Assembly: GCF_009914755.1 (NCBI RefSeq)
Contig: NC_060932.1
DNA: 64,000 bases
From: the human T2T-CHM13v2.0 reference genome, Homo sapiens
Direction: 5' to 3' (one strand)
The notes below the pieces were generated by a model that had not been told where the DNA came from, ran no database searches, and saw only the letters and a list, made by a program, of their open reading frames with translations. Positions 30,055 through 47,694 of this stretch are shown one piece after another; position 1 is the stretch's first letter, and every line of letters starts with the position of its first letter. Both the position numbers and the translations under genes were made by a program.

Positions 30055-31665
30055 GGAAATAAAATGATATTATTAAAGATCCTCAGGTGACTGTTCTTCA
30101 GTCATTGTAAAATAGTTTTATTTAGTGAATTCTTCATGTCCCCAGAACTAATGGAATAAGTAAGTTTTAAAATTATTTCAACTTCTCTTCCTTGCACAAA
30201 AATTCCTTCTTTTTCTGTCTCTATCTCTGCCCCTCTCTGTTTCTTTCTTTGTCTGTCTTTGTCTTCCTCTCCCATTCAAGTGTCTATGAGTGTCACAGGT
30301 TGGAAAAGTTTGGGACACTCTCATTTAGCTCTTTGGCTGAGGACATTATGCTAAAAGTTAAGCTAAAATGGATACTGAAACCAGAAGACTGTGGGTTTGT
30401 AAAACAAGTAAAGGGAGAAGGTGTTGCTGGGTGACCCAGATGAATTCCAGTAAAGTTTGTAGGGTTTTTGGCCTTTACATAGCGCAATTGTCAACCAAGG
30501 CCTGGATGAGTCACACGGTTTGTGATCCTGGGTGGAAGATGGACTCAGAATTTATCCTCAGGGAGCAACTGCTTTTATTACTAACCTGGAAGCACTTCCT
30601 TCCCATCTGGAGCTGCAGTAAGTATTTGTTCTTGTCCCTAAAGGTATAAAACAAAAACAAAACACACCCCTTGCTTAGGCCTGTGGATCCTGATGAGTGT
30701 AGAGCATTTGACAATCAGACTTGAATACCCCTTTCCCTGAGCCACACCAAGACCTGGGACTTGTTGGCACACAAACGTCAGCAACGTGGTGGATGTAAAC
30801 CTGGCCTTGGACAGACGACAAAGGCGATGATTCCAGGCCCTCAAGTGTGCCTCAGAGAATGTATCAGTGACAGGAAGAGTCCTGGAGCCAGGACACCAGG
30901 CAGGTTGCTTGAAATCCAGCAGACACTGTTCTTGGGCAACTGGTCCACCATTTAGAAGCTCTTGCAGTCAGCGGGTCACCTTTCTCTTCGCACAGTACAG
31001 AGTACCCACAAGGGGATGGGATAACCCCAGGTGGTTGAAATAACTTCTGCTTTTAGTGGGATGGGGGCCACCAAGCATCAGAATACCTAGAATTTCCAGT
31101 CTGAAAGGCTCGGAGGGAAGATAGCCCTTCTTTTCAACTCAAATTTTAGTGATAACTGCATTTTTATTCACCAAACTAAGGAAAGTGGTCTCAAAAGAGT
31201 TTTACTCTGGTTTGTGAATTTAGGGGTGGGAGCTGTAAGCTATTTTGTTATGCTCATAAATTCTGTAGGTCAGAAATTCAGATGGGACATGGCAGGGATG
31301 CTTGGTCCCCCTCATCTGGGAAGATCCAAATGGCTGGAATCTTCGGGAGGCTTCTTCATTCCCTGACACCTGGGCTGGAATGACTCCAGGGCTGAGCTGA
31401 GCTGAGCTGATGCTGTCCTCTGGTTTGTGATTTTAGATGAAAAGTCTCAACAGCGGTGTAGAAAACATCATACTTTATTATACACACAACTGCTTTTATT
31501 GAAAACAACATAACATCAAAAGAATCACAATATTTAGCATTTAAAATGTTCTCCTAATAGAACATTTGGGATTAATACTGCTTTAGAAGGAATATGGTCA
31601 CCACGTCTGTGGAAACAACTACAGTCAGACACACTTCAATAACTTTTCTTCACTTTTTTTTCTAA

Positions 31666-31978
<313 letters not shown>

Positions 31979-32702
31979 TTATTTCGGGTTATTAAAACCA
32001 TTTTAATTGAAATGGATCAAGGCTTAGTGTTGGTATATAAATATCATGAGTGTGTATTCCAGATTTTCTGGGACAGCCCAGATTTCTAATGAGCATCTCT
32101 TGGTTTGGGAATGGGAGGATGTGGTCCCCTCATGTTTCCTGTGTGTGGTCAGGGTCTCCTAGTGAGGTGTTTAGGAGCTAGCACAGATCCTTCAGATTAC
32201 ATGAGAGATGGCAACAGAAATAAGGGTACAGGGACAAAAAAGGTGATTGAGACAAACATCTTGGAGAGCCGTGCGAAGGTGGCAGGAAAGCACGAGGCCA
32301 GGATTTGTCAGAGTAAAACTACTTGATCATAGATTAGGCGATGATCCTGGAAGAGGAAGTTGGTTTTCTTGAGTCAGCAGCTTAGTCACCTTCCGGTATC
32401 ATCAGTGTCAAATGGGTTTTAGCCTTCAGGGACTGGCCCTGGGCTTTGGAGGTAGAACCCCATGTGGTTGGAATAACTTCTGCTCTTAGTGGGACGGGGG
32501 CCACTAAGTGGGGTTGTTCTACCGCCTAGGAAGGGGGTGGATTCTAGAAGTGTGTACCATAGAGTTCATTTGTGGGTGAAGCCTCTATTCCTTCTTCATG
32601 TGAACCCACGTGAGGACTTACTCTGCGCAGGGCAGCCTGCAAGAAGCCGGGCAGGATGCAGAATGGCCATGACCAGAAATCTTAGGCTTTTAGGAGTTTT
32701 TA

Positions 32703-33046
<344 letters not shown>

Positions 33047-33394
33047 ACTGATAAGTGACAATGCCACCTTATCAAGGATACCTATTGAGATAGAACCAAG
33101 CACTGAGGGGCACAGGAAGGACAGAGCCACTAATCATGGGGTGACAGGAGTGACTCAGGCCATATTGTGTGGGTCACACACAAGTCCTTTCTATGCCTTC
33201 TTCTCCCCTCAGAGAACAAATGAGGGAAATAACAAGAACTTGCTCCCCAGGTCTTGAGGGGTTTAATTCTCCTGGGAAGTAAGGTGAGTGAGGGTCTTCT
33301 GAGAAGCCCCCTTGTCCTTCCAGGCTCCCTTTACATCTCTCCCTGTGTTCTCCGTTTAGGGACCTGTTAGAGTCCAGGCAGGAAACAGAGGACA

Positions 33395-33856
33395 TTCCAC
33401 TGGGATTCTGACAGGCTTTAATGAAGTGGCTTTACAGAAACGAGGGTGGCTCCACTTGAGTAACAAGGGATGCTGTGCGCACAGCAGCTACCAGCAGAGG
33501 GAAGCTGTCCTTGCACTGGGCCCAGAGAGGAGGGAAACAATGGTGTTACTGGTGCCCAGGAAAAAGCTGGAGCCCTGGACCCAGGGCTGCTTCACAGGAG
33601 GAGCTGGGCTGTAGACGGATGCTGCCGCTGCCAGAAGGACTGCCCAGTGGGTGGGGAGTGAGAGGAATAAATACTCCCACCTCTCTTTGCTCCCAGACTC
33701 CAACTCGCCCATAGTGCATCCTCCTTGGCCAGCTCCAGTGGGACACCCAAAGGCAAGGGACTCTGATGATGCAATTCACGGGGTTAGCTGCCCGGGCCCA
33801 CAGCAGAGCAGAGGAGAACTTGAAGTGGACTTTTAGGGTTAATGGAAAATAATCAG
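33395..33856 (-). mobile_element. Old ERVL LTR (LTR33-like)
   Basis: ccttggccagctccagtgggacacccaaaggcaagggg...gatgatgcaattcac...cacagcagagcagaggaga resembles antisense LTR33. Confidence 0.5.
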
Positions 33857-33857
33857 C

Positions 33858-34080
33858 TTTCTTTCCTTCTTTCTTCCTTTCATTTCTTTCCTCCTCTCCT
33901 CTCCTCTCCCCTCCCCTCCCTTCCCCTCCCCTCCTCTCTTTTCCTCTCCTCTCCCCTCCCCTCCTCCCCCTCTCTTCCTTTTTTCTTTCTTTCTCTTTCC
34001 TTTTTTCTTCCTCCCTCCCTCCCTTTCTCTCTTCCTTCCTTCCTTGCTTCTTTCACTCTTTTCTTTCCTTTCTTCCTCCT
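33858..34080. repeat. Polypyrimidine (CT-rich) tract
   Basis: About 220 nt almost entirely C/T. Confidence 0.92.
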
Positions 34081-34732
34081 TATCTGCTTTTCTGCTTGCC
34101 CACAGGCCATCATGCCAGACATTGAGGAATCAGGTATCAAAAGCCAGACCTGCTCCCCAACTTTATGGTGCTTATGGTCTAGCAGGGAGAGAAATACAGA
34201 TCACACAAATAAAGGGGTGCAGGAATGGGACGGGTGGGCTCAGGGAAACAACTCTGGGGTCTGATTTTTCTTTTCCAAAGTCAGGCCACATAGCTCCTTA
34301 CTCCTAGAACTGCAGTGTCCAAAGATCCCATGAAAACCCTCACTCAGAGCTGATCCTAGAAAGCTCAAAGGACAAACTACTCAGAATTCATAGGCAAAGC
34401 CCTGCGCTACCCCAAGTAACGATCCCTCCATTCCCTCTGCTATTCTGCAGCGTTTCTATCACTTTTGCCTAAGTCTACGCACTCTCCCATAATATGTAAG
34501 GAAAGAGAAGTTCAGAAGAACATCTTTTAAGCTTAGAATGGAGGAAAGCAATCTAAGGCAGACTGAGTACCCAGAAGCCATAGCTGAAATATAGACATAG
34601 TCAATTACATTTCTAAATAAAGCCAATAGAGAAAGAATAAGTTAGGAAAAAATAGTTAAAACTTGATAAAATTTATATCCTTAGTAGTCAATTTGAAAAG
34701 CAGAGGACAAACAATTTTAAAATGGGCAAGAA

Positions 34733-35952
34733 GAATGTTTGTAGCAGCTTTATTCATAATCTCCAAGAACTAGAAGCAAACAAGATGTCTCTCAATAGGT
34801 GAATGAATAAACTGTGGTATATCCATCCAATGAAATATTATTCTATGATAAAAAGAAATGAGCTATCAAGGAAAACACATAAAGGAAACTTGAATGCATA
34901 TTACTAAATTTAAAAAGTCAGTCTGAAAGGCTGTATACTGTATGATTTTAATGATATGGCATTCTAGGGGAAAAAAAAAAAACTATAAAGAGGCATGGTG
35001 GCTCACGCCTGTAATCCCAGCACTTGAGTCTGGGAGTTTGAGACCAGCCAGGGCAACATGGAAAATCCCATCTCTACAAACAATACAAAAATTAGCTGGG
35101 TGTGGTAACACACAGCTGTAGTCCCAGCTACTCAGGAGGCTGAGGTGGGAGGATCACCTGAGCTTGGGAGGTCAAGGTTGCAGTGAGCTGTGTTCCTGCC
35201 ACTGCACTCCAGCCTGGGTAACAAAGTGAGAGACCTTGTCTCAAAAGCAAAACAAAACAGAAAGACTATAAAAATAGTAAAAAGATCAGCAATTGCCAGG
35301 GGTATCGTGGGAGGGGGATAGAGGGTTGAATAAAGCATGGGGGATATTTTTTAGGGTGATGAAACTATTCTGAATGATACTGTGACGGTAGGCACAGGAT
35401 GCTATGCATTTGTCAAAACCCAAAGAACTTTACAGCACAAAAAGTGGTCCAACGTATACAAGTATTTAAAAAATCATTTAGGAGGTAAGGTGATTTCAGC
35501 ATAGACTGCAGACTGTGACAAAAGAATCTAACTGTATTACAAATGTATCAAAACATCTCACTGAAGAGGGTGAGGGAAAAGGTGCTGACCTAAGTAACTT
35601 TTAGAATGAGTAAAGTCCCTAAGACTAAAGGCAAAAAGAACCGCACGTAAGCACTGTACTCTAGTAGATAACATTTTTCCCCATCAGGATACAGGTTAAC
35701 ATTCTGATACTGCCATCCATGTATACCAAAGTTGAACAATTAATATATATTGCTGGATGGTGAGAGCAGGTTTCTCACTGTTGGGTTGGGAATTTACAAA
35801 TACACAGGCAGAGGTGACAAGCATGATCCATGTGATAATGGATTACAGTTGCAGACACAGAAATGAGCTCATGTTCACACAGAAATATAGATATGTGTCT
35901 ATCTATCTATCTGTCAATCATCTGGCTTCCTATCTTGAGTGCCCTATTTTGC

Positions 35953-36040
<88 letters not shown>

Positions 36041-37185
36041 GCAATTGTCAGGGGTATGGTGGAACATACCCCGGTTACTTGTTAGTATGCCCACATATAT
36101 TTCCTTGCTCTGTCAGCTGAGAGAGTCTAGAAACAATGACACCCCAGTAACAAAAGGGCAGATCTTGTGCCCAGAACTTGGTTTTTCATGCTATTCTTCA
36201 ATTTAAGAAATCAGGACTCCTTGGAGAAATGGTTGATTCTAGGACTGGGGCAGGAAATACACAGGGGAACCTGGAGCATCTTGTAGTACCAAAAAGTAAG
36301 GAAGTGCTTTAAAAGCAATCCATATCACTGGGGCATGTCAAAGGGACATGGGGGCAAACTAAAAGAGCTCCCAGTGGTCAAATCCGTAACCATTTAAGCA
36401 ACACAATTAAGTAGTATTGGATTATAACCCAAAGTACAAAGTAAGTTTCCATGCATCTATACTGTTATGAATGAACAATTGAATAAAAAATTAAATGGGG
36501 GAGATGAGACAAGTCTCTCATACAGATGAATTCCAAATAATTTATGAAGATACTCCACCTTCAAGTAGGTGGAGCCCAAGTCTCCACTCCTTAAGTGAGG
36601 GCTGCACTTAGTGACTTCCTTCCAAAGAGCACAGTAGGCAAAGTGAGGAAAGAGTAACTTCACAGTAAAGACACCTGACAAACACACCTCAGCCAGGTGA
36701 TCAAGGTCAGTACCAACAGCAGTAAGTCTGGTGGGGGGCATGCACCCTCACACCAGTCCAGCCACGAGGAAAACACCAGACACAGCACAAGATAGGGACA
36801 TCCTGCAGAATGCCTGACTAGTACTTTGCAGACTGTCAAGGTCAACAAAAACAAGGAAAGCCTGAGAAACCGTCACAGCCAACAGGAGCTGAAGGAGATG
36901 TGATGACTAAATGCAACGTGGCCTCCAGAGTGGGATCTTGAAACAGAAAAGGGATGTGACATAAAAACTAAGAGCTAAAGAAACCTCCATGAAATATGGA
37001 TGTTAGTCAATAATAATACATGAATATTTGCTCATTAATGATAACAAATGTACCATATTAATGTAAGATGATACTGTTAGAGGGAATGGTGTTGGGTATA
37101 TGGAAACACTACTATCTTTGCAATTTTTCTGTAAATCTGAAATTTTTTTAAAAAGTATACCTTAAAATAATAAAATAAAATAAAA
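34733..37185 (+). mobile_element. L1MC/MD-type 3' end (contains an Alu at about 34991-35262) nested in an older L1M
   Basis: gcagctttattcataat...gaataaactgtggtatatccat L1 3' motifs; (TAAAA)n tail; flanked by aaaatgggcaagaa / aaaatgggtaagaa. Confidence 0.75.
35953..36040. repeat. Compound (TA)n(TG)n(TA)n microsatellite
   Basis: Direct reading. Confidence 0.95.
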
Positions 37186-37990
37186 AATGGGTAAGAATAC
37201 AAACAGGCAATTAAATCAAAGAAGAGGAAATACAAGTCAATAAACGTTAAAAATGTCCTTAACCCCTGAGGTCTTCATAGAAATGTGAATTAAAACAACA
37301 GCATACTCTTTTTTTTCACATGTGAAATTAACATAGACTATAAACAGCTTTACTATTTCACTCTGGCTGGGAGGCTATTTCTGCAGTAAAGAGAACACAC
37401 ATTTCTTGCTGGTAAGAGTGTAAAAATTACTAAAATTTTGGAAAATAATCTGGCATTATCTACTAAAATACATAGAGATATCTTTGAATGATGCATTCTA
37501 CTGTAAGGAATCTTTCTGAAATAAGAGATCTGGTGAATACAAGCAAAAGAATGGGTTTGGAAGCTTTGTTTCAAGGGGTGGAAAATGGGAAACCATCCAA
37601 ATATCTCCCAGTAGGGGAATAGCTGAATCAATTCAGTTTACCCATCCTGTGGAATATTTGTCTTGCTAATAAATATGATGGGTGAGATCCCTATGGATTG
37701 GTTTGGAGGGATTCCATAATACATGAAGAGGAAAAAGTTGCAGATTGATATGTGTGATTCTGGTTCTGTAAAACAACAGCCACACAACACAAAAACACCC
37801 AGATTTGTATGTGTGAGGATGGTCGTGGACAGACAGTCTGAGTCAAACTTTTGACATTGTTTACTTGTCAAAAGGAGTTATTAGGGGAGAGTGGACTGAT
37901 CAATCAACTTTTTCCTTATATATCTGCTTTGTTTGTAACAAAATAAGTGTGTGCTACTTTTTAACTTTAAAAAACCAAATAAAAGGCTGG
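37186..37990 (+). mobile_element. Old L1M(E)-like fragment
   Basis: agaagaggaaatacaag...gaaatgtgaattaaaacaaca...ggaaaccatccaaatatc resemble the L1 ORF2 end and 3' UTR. Confidence 0.55.
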
Positions 37991-38029
37991 ATACCAAAAA
38001 AAAAAAAAAAAAAAAAAGGACAAAAAGTC

Positions 38030-38310
38030 TAGGGGTGTGGCTTACACCTGTAATCCCAGCACTTTGGGAGGCAGAGTCAGGAGGATCAAGAGCATCCTGG
38101 CCAACATGGTGAAACCCCATCTCTAGTAAAAATAGAAAAATTAGCCAAGTGTGGTGGTGTGCACCTGTAATCCCAGCTACTCAGGAGGCTGAGACATGAG
38201 AATCACTTGAACACAGGAGGCAGAGGCTGCAGTGAGCCGAGATTGTGCCACTACCCTCCAGCCTGGGCAACGGAGTGAGGCTCTGTCTCAAAACAACAAC
38301 AACAACAAAC
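38030..38310 (+). mobile_element. Alu with small left-arm deletion
   Basis: Dimer with (CAA)n tail. Confidence 0.9.
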
Positions 38311-38344
38311 CTAATTAAGTTGAAATGAAAAAATTCAAAGGTCA

Positions 38345-38818
38345 TGTGGTAGGCAGAATAATGTCCCTCTTTCCCAAGATGTCCCTGTCTTAACCCTTGG
38401 AACCAACGGATATCTTGTTTTACATGGCAATAAGTATTAAGTCAAATTTGCATGTGTGATCAAGTTGAAAATGTTTGTTTAAGATGGGAAGTTTATCCTG
38501 GATTATCCAAGTGGGCTCAACATTATCACCAGAGTCCTTAGAAGAGGGAGGCAGAAGGGTCACCTCCAGAGTAGAGAGGCAAGAACCTCTGCTTGCAGAG
38601 GTTAGAGTGGTGCCAGCCAAGGGGTCACGAGGAATGCAGGTGGCCTCATGGAGCCAAAAGAGGCAAGAAAATGGATGCTCCCCTGGAGTCTGCAAAAGGA
38701 ATTCAGTCCCATTGACACCTTGATTTTAGGACTTCCGACCTCCAGAATTGAAAGAAAATAATTTGTGTTGTTTTAAGCCACTAAGTTTGAGGTCACAGCA
38801 ACATAGGAAACGAATACA
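38345..38818 (+). mobile_element. MaLR solo LTR (MLT1D-like)
   Basis: tgtggtaggcagaataatg...ttttaagccactaagtttg...ggaaacgaataca; ggtca on both flanks. Confidence 0.8.
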
Positions 38819-38895
38819 GGGTCATGTTTAAGATGTGATTTATCACTCCTGCTGTAGTATTTCTGAGTTCCTTGAAGGGAGATTTTTTTGTTTGA

Positions 38896-39661
<766 letters not shown>

Positions 39662-39994
39662 CTATGCATCCAAATCAACTGAGGACTGCTAGAACCCTCC
39701 CCGACCCCGAACATTTCTCACAGGCCCCCAAGGGACAGGAGGTTGCTCAACACAGAGCTGTCACAGCTAGAGGAGAGCTAAAGGCCACACGGGCAGACAC
39801 CCCCAGGGTCATGGAAAGTAGGAAGTGAAGGACCCTGTGCAGAATTCATGCTTCAATCAAGATAGAATCTTCAAACACAGTGTGAGGGAGAACAGGTAAG
39901 AAACAATGAAACGTACGGAATGTACATTTAAAACGCAAACACCCAAACTTCACATATTTATAAGAATTGATTCACATTTAAGAACATAATCCCA

Positions 39995-40281
39995 GGCCGG
40001 GTACGGGGGCTCATGCCTGTAATCCCAGCACTTTCGGAGGCCGAGGTGGGCAGATCACATGAGGTCAGGAGTTTGAGACCAGCCTGGCCAACATGGCGAA
40101 ACCCCGTCTCTACTAAAAATACAAAAATTAGCTGGGCTTGGTGGCGCCTATAATCCCAGCTACTCAGGAGGCTGGTGCAGGAGAATCCTTGAAGCCAGGA
40201 GGCGGAGGTTGCAGTGAGCCGAGATTGCGCCACTGCACTCCAGCCTGGGTGACAGAACGAGACTCCATTTCAAAAAAAAAA
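39995..40281 (+). mobile_element. Alu (S-type)
   Basis: Full dimer; flanks gaacata repeated. Confidence 0.93.
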
Positions 40282-41069
40282 CGAACATATCGCAAACCCG
40301 TGGGGTACCCATAGCTGGGGGCTGGGAGTGGAAGGATGAAGAGGTCAAAAATAATACATAAAATAAAAAGATGGGCACTAGGAATGCACTGGTGATGGTA
40401 AGGTGCTATGTACTGACAGGTCTGATCAAGTCAATTCTGCATCTGGACTCTAAAAAGGAAGAAAAGATGCAGTTTAGAGAAGATCCAGCTCAGGGCCAGC
40501 CCTCAGTGATTTTTAAGTGATTCTGATGTGCGTCTAGGGCTGAGAGCTGGTGGCCCATGCCTAACACAGGCAGGTCTGCAAATAACCCTCTAGAAAAAAA
40601 GGGGTTCTGGAAAGAGCAGGAAGTGAGAGGGGATGGACATGAATGCGCCCCCGAAATGGCAGCTGTTGTGTTAGAACAATGGTATTATGGGAATTATCTT
40701 CCTGTATCTTCCAGATTCCTTTTAATGTCATTACATTGCTGATGTATTTTTTTTAATGCCACTGCTGTTTTGTTCCTAAGTAGTTCAGAGTTTCTAGGGA
40801 GAATTAAGAGCCATAACGGAACTCAACAGCCACTTGAGAGTTTAAAAGCTCAGCCTGAATGGTAGCAGGTGCCAGATTCAGGGGAAAAAAAAGTTACACT
40901 GCAGTTAAAACAAGAGTTAACGCTTTCCGTTAGGGAGAAGTCTTAACAGTTATACTTAAAACATTTATCCTTATATGTTGCATTTCACAGCTTAAATACA
41001 GGAAGTGAGTTGAACTAATATTTGCTATCTAAATGACAAGCTATGAAAAGTGAGCCCATTGAAAGGGCA

Positions 41070-41490
41070 GAGTTGGCCGGGTCTTCCCAGAAGCAGATGC
41101 AAGACAAGACGAAATAGGCAAGAAATTAGGAGAAACATCTGTGAGAGAAGCCTGGGAGGGAGCCAGAAGACACGCTGAGAGAGCGTGGCTCCAGGCCAGA
41201 TCTGATGCCCAGTGAAGGACAGAGGGAGGAAAGGCAGGCCCCGCAGCCTAGGGCAGGGTTGGCGCGGCTGTCAGGGAGTTCTCCAGCCAGACACCTGTCA
41301 GAGGGGGCCACGCCCCCAACAATAGGCCCGCTCCCAAACCCCTGCCGAGCCCTGTCATTGGCCGGAAGTAGCCTATGGGAGGCATGGCGTCGGTGTGAAC
41401 AGGCGAGGGATTTCGGCAGGGCAGCTGGGGTAGTGGGTCAATGCCGCTCCCTGCAGTTGGAGGAGAGGGATGCTTCCTTACGGCCGCCAC
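41070..41490 (-). mobile_element. Old ERVL LTR (LTR16-like)
   Basis: cttcccagaagcagatgcaagacaaga...ctgtcattggccggaag...ggcatggcgtcggtgtgaac. Confidence 0.5.
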
Positions 41491-41606
41491 AGTTTTGCCA
41501 AGTGTTTATAAACTAAGCCTAATGTCTGCTCCTGGATGACATCTCTCATGGAGTGGTGGTGGCGCTGGGTTTTTTTTTAGGGGGGTGAGGAGTGGGGGGG
41601 TTGGGG

Positions 41607-41778
41607 TTTTTTGTTTGTTTGTTTGTTTGTTTTGAGACAAGGTCTCGTTCTGTCGTCCACACCTGGATTGCAGTGGCGTGATCACAGCTCTCTGCAGCCC
41701 CGACCTCCTGGCCTCAAGAGGTCCTCTCTTCTCAGCCTCTCAAAGTGCTGGGATTACAGGCATAAGACACCATGCCCT
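41607..41778 (-). mobile_element. Alu monomer / deleted Alu
   Basis: (TTTG)n tail and single-arm sequence. Confidence 0.8.
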
Positions 41779-42889
41779 AAGTGGCACTTCTTCATTGGGT
41801 GAGGACAGTAACTAACTGGAAGGAATTTTAAATTTTTCTAGGACTTGCCTGAAACTTTCCCGAAACTTCTTTCTTGTGATGGAAGAAACATGGAAGGACA
41901 AAGGTCATCCACTTGAAAAGGTTTTCCACGGGTAACCATGACCAAGAACTAGCTCTATGCCAGGCCGAAACTGTCAGTGTGGCATGCTTTCTCTTTTCTC
42001 ATCCTTACAGTAGCCCTCAGAGGTTGATGCTATTATTATCCCTGGAACAGGATCAGTGAGATAGTCATTTGTGTTTGGCTCTCCCTGAATTTCACAACCC
42101 TCACCCTCTGCCTCCGGGGAGGTTTGTGTTGCTGAAGTAGAAAGCAGAAGCCGTCCTCATATACCTGCCCTTCTGGCTTTTTCAGAAGTATGAATTGCTC
42201 AAGGGGAAAAGGGTGGTGATTGAGAGGGACAAAGAGGATCCTGGGCCATAGAAAGGGGTAGAGGGAGATTCCTGAGGCTGGTGGCTTCCTCAAGTAGGTA
42301 GAGGACCTGACCCTGTTCTTAACATGGTCCAGAGTATATAGCAGGACTGCAGAGGACCCTGATTGCTCCTCCTGAATTGAAGATTATAGGCCTTTCCTCA
42401 TTTGGGGCACTGTGTTGGCCTCCTGGGTACCATGCAACATTGAGGAGGCAGAGGGAGCACCAATAATGCTTGGAACTGACCTCCCACCAACTTGGAAGGG
42501 TGGAGGCTTGGAGACTAAATTTGATTGGCATTTATGGAGTACAAGCCACAGCCATTTCAAACTTGTTCTGTGTGTGTGCGGTGGGAAGTCCAATTTCAGG
42601 CATTTGTCAAGGCATGCTCCTCTTAGGGTCGTTTAAGGGTCTTGGGGTAAGAAGTCTTTTGGCCTGCACCCATTGTGTGCAGCTCTGCCCTCATCTACCC
42701 ATCTCTGGCTATGGAGCTACATGCAGTGGGTCGCCCTTGTCTGGTGTCCTGTCCAGGCCAGTGAGGCTCTTCAGAGGGTGGGCTGTTCCATGATTGGCAT
42801 GTGCTCCCTCTATGCCTACTCATCAGGCATTTCACATGGCTTCTCAAGCCTCAAACCTACAATCCTGGATTTATTAGGAAAATACTATC

Positions 42890-43270
42890 TGTTGCACCAA
42901 TCAAATCCCAAATTTCCCGTGGCTTGAAAAATAAATGTTTGATTCTTGCTCACATAAAAAGTCCAGCACAGGTATTCTTGGTTGGCAGGTGGCTTTCAGG
43001 GGCCCAGGGGCCTTTTATTTTGTGGCCCTTCCCTCCAAGATCCTTGAATTCTCTGTACCCAGGAGTTTGGTATAATAAAGAGAAGACAGAAAAAGACATA
43101 CCTGCTTCTTAGTTCCCTAGCCAGGAAATGCCACAAATTGCTCTACTCCCAGTCTGTGGGCAAGAACTAGTCACATGGTCCCACCTCAACACTGGGGAGT
43201 GTGGGAAACATAGTTCCCGGCTGGGCAACTCTGTAATGTACGAGGGGAATGTGAGGGAACAGGAGTCTTT
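42890..43270 (-). mobile_element. Old MaLR LTR fragment (MLT1I/J-like)
   Basis: agaactagtcacatggtcccacctcaac...gggaaacatagttc. Confidence 0.5.
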
Positions 43271-43487
43271 GCTGTCCCACCGGCCATCTTTGTCAGTCCC
43301 TCCATGATCCCCAGTTCTAGCCAAAGACCACACTTCACACTTTACTAGAAGGTAGAACCACTCAGACATTTTCTTATCCTCCTGCCACCAAATCCACCAG
43401 GATATGTACCCACACTCTCTGTCTTCTCTCCTGTCACAAAAAAATGCCATAGGTGCTAAGTACCCCTGAAGTGGAGTGCGGGGCCAC

Positions 43488-45490
<2,003 letters not shown>

Positions 45491-46003
45491 AGCACCTAGG
45501 CAAGACTCTGAGAGGCTGTGAAATCGTCTCATCCTCTATGGCTGAGGCATGAGAAGGCTATGGCTTCCCTGGGCCATAGAAGCAGCCAGTAGTAAGGATT
45601 TCTTTGAAAAGAGATGTGGGTCTGCTGAGCCAGGCTACTCCTGCCCCATCTCACCCATCCCACACCCCACTGGGCTGGAAGGAGTGCTTCCACATCACCT
45701 CAACTAGTGCGGGAAGTGTTGAGAGAACACATAGAGTATCTGAAGTGTGTTCCCTGAGGTTTGGAGGAACAGGGCTGGTACCTGTCTCCCTGGGAAACTC
45801 TAAAAGGGAGAGGTTCTGCCTCGGGGTGACTCCGTCAGGCAGCAGAGCCTGATGAGAGTGAGAGGGCAAGGGGCAAGCCTGTTTCCCAGGATCCAGGTGG
45901 ACACTGGCAGGAGGAGGCTGGATTTGGGGGCCCTTGAAAGGGACATGGGTGAAAGAGCTTTCTGGAGCTGTTTGACCCAGTGAAGAGGGACACTCAAGTG
46001 TTT

Positions 46004-46195
46004 CTCCCACCTCGACCTCCCAAGTAGCTGGGACTACAGGCACGTGCCACCACGCCCACTAACTGTTGTATTTTTTTTGTAGAGATGAGGTCTCGCTATG
46101 CTGCCCAGGTTGGTCTTGAACTTCTCGATTCAAACGATCCTCCAACCTCACCTCCCAAAGTGTTGGGATTACAGGCATGAGCCACCAGCCCCCAG
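46004..46195 (-). mobile_element. Alu lacking its 3' part and tail
   Basis: Begins mid right arm at ctcccacctcgacctcccaagtagctggg. Confidence 0.85.
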
Positions 46196-46611
46196 TCAAT
46201 ATCACTATCTTTTTTATATTTATGTATTTTTTACAACTTTTTAAATAAAATATTATATAATATGTAAAAATATTTTTCTATCTTACCCCTTCAAGATGCA
46301 GGCGGGCTGCTGGCTGGCCTGGGCTTCCAGATGTCAGCCTTACTTGCCCTTTGCCTTTTGGTGACTCTGTCTTCTTAGGGAGCTGCACGGCCTGGATGTT
46401 AACTATCACTGTCTTTCACAAGGTTCTATTTTATTCCATTGTATGCAGAGCTATGTAAGTTGAGTTGCCTGTGTGTGACTGTAAGGCTCTGGCTTTGGGA
46501 GTGTGAGGCAGAGCTTTAGACCTGACTGTGCGTCACACTCCTGGGGGGCTTGTGGAAATGCAGATCCTCACTCAACAGGGGTGGGTGAGCCTAAGAGTCT
46601 CCATTTCTTTG

Positions 46612-46738
46612 CTGTTTTTATTTTGAGATAGGGTCTTGCTATGTCATCCAGACTGGTCTTGAACTCTAGGCTCAAGCTATCCTTCTGCCTCAGCCTCCCC
46701 AGTAGCTGGGACTACAGGTACATGTCGCCGCACCTGGC
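46612..46738 (-). mobile_element. Alu monomer (FLAM-like) inside a MER5-like relic
   Basis: Single arm; flanks gcttgtggaaatgcagatcctc and gctgctggcccatggctcacac. Confidence 0.7.
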
Positions 46739-47216
46739 ATCTCTATTCCAACAAGTGATGCAATGCTGCTGGCCCATGGCTCACACTTGACTTGTATGAT
46801 TGTGAGCAAGAAACTGGGGGCCAATGCCCAGCGATGGGAGGCTCTGAAGCACTCACCCAAATGGTTCTTGAAGAATCAGGGATGGTGCATCTGCCCCATG
46901 CCAAGTAAGGACTGTAGGGATTCAAGAAACGCCTTTCCTGCCCGTCAGCCACCTCCCTTCCACCCGCACAACCCCAAGCCAGCAGCTAGTGGATGGGAGA
47001 GGGGAGCGAAGGGAGAGAGAGAGGTAGCCACATTTCCTCTTTCACTGTGTACAAGGCCGTTCCAAGCTGAGGAGGGAAGAGCTTTCAAATTGAACCAGGA
47101 TTCGGGATTTCCTTGTCAGTCTGGACTGGACTTTTTTGTTTGTTTGTTTGTTTGTTTGTTTTTACCCAAAATAAGCTGAAAAGCTGTAGAATCTGCCCTA
47201 GACCTCATACGGACAA

Positions 47217-47694
<478 letters not shown>

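Noticed and set aside
33842-34264. Leu/Phe/Ser-rich 140-aa 'membrane-like' ORF
   Set aside because: Translation of the CT-rich tract.
37978-38017. AATAAA followed by A22, resembling a processed-pseudogene end
   Set aside because: The upstream sequence looks like old L1; no TSD or coding remnant found.
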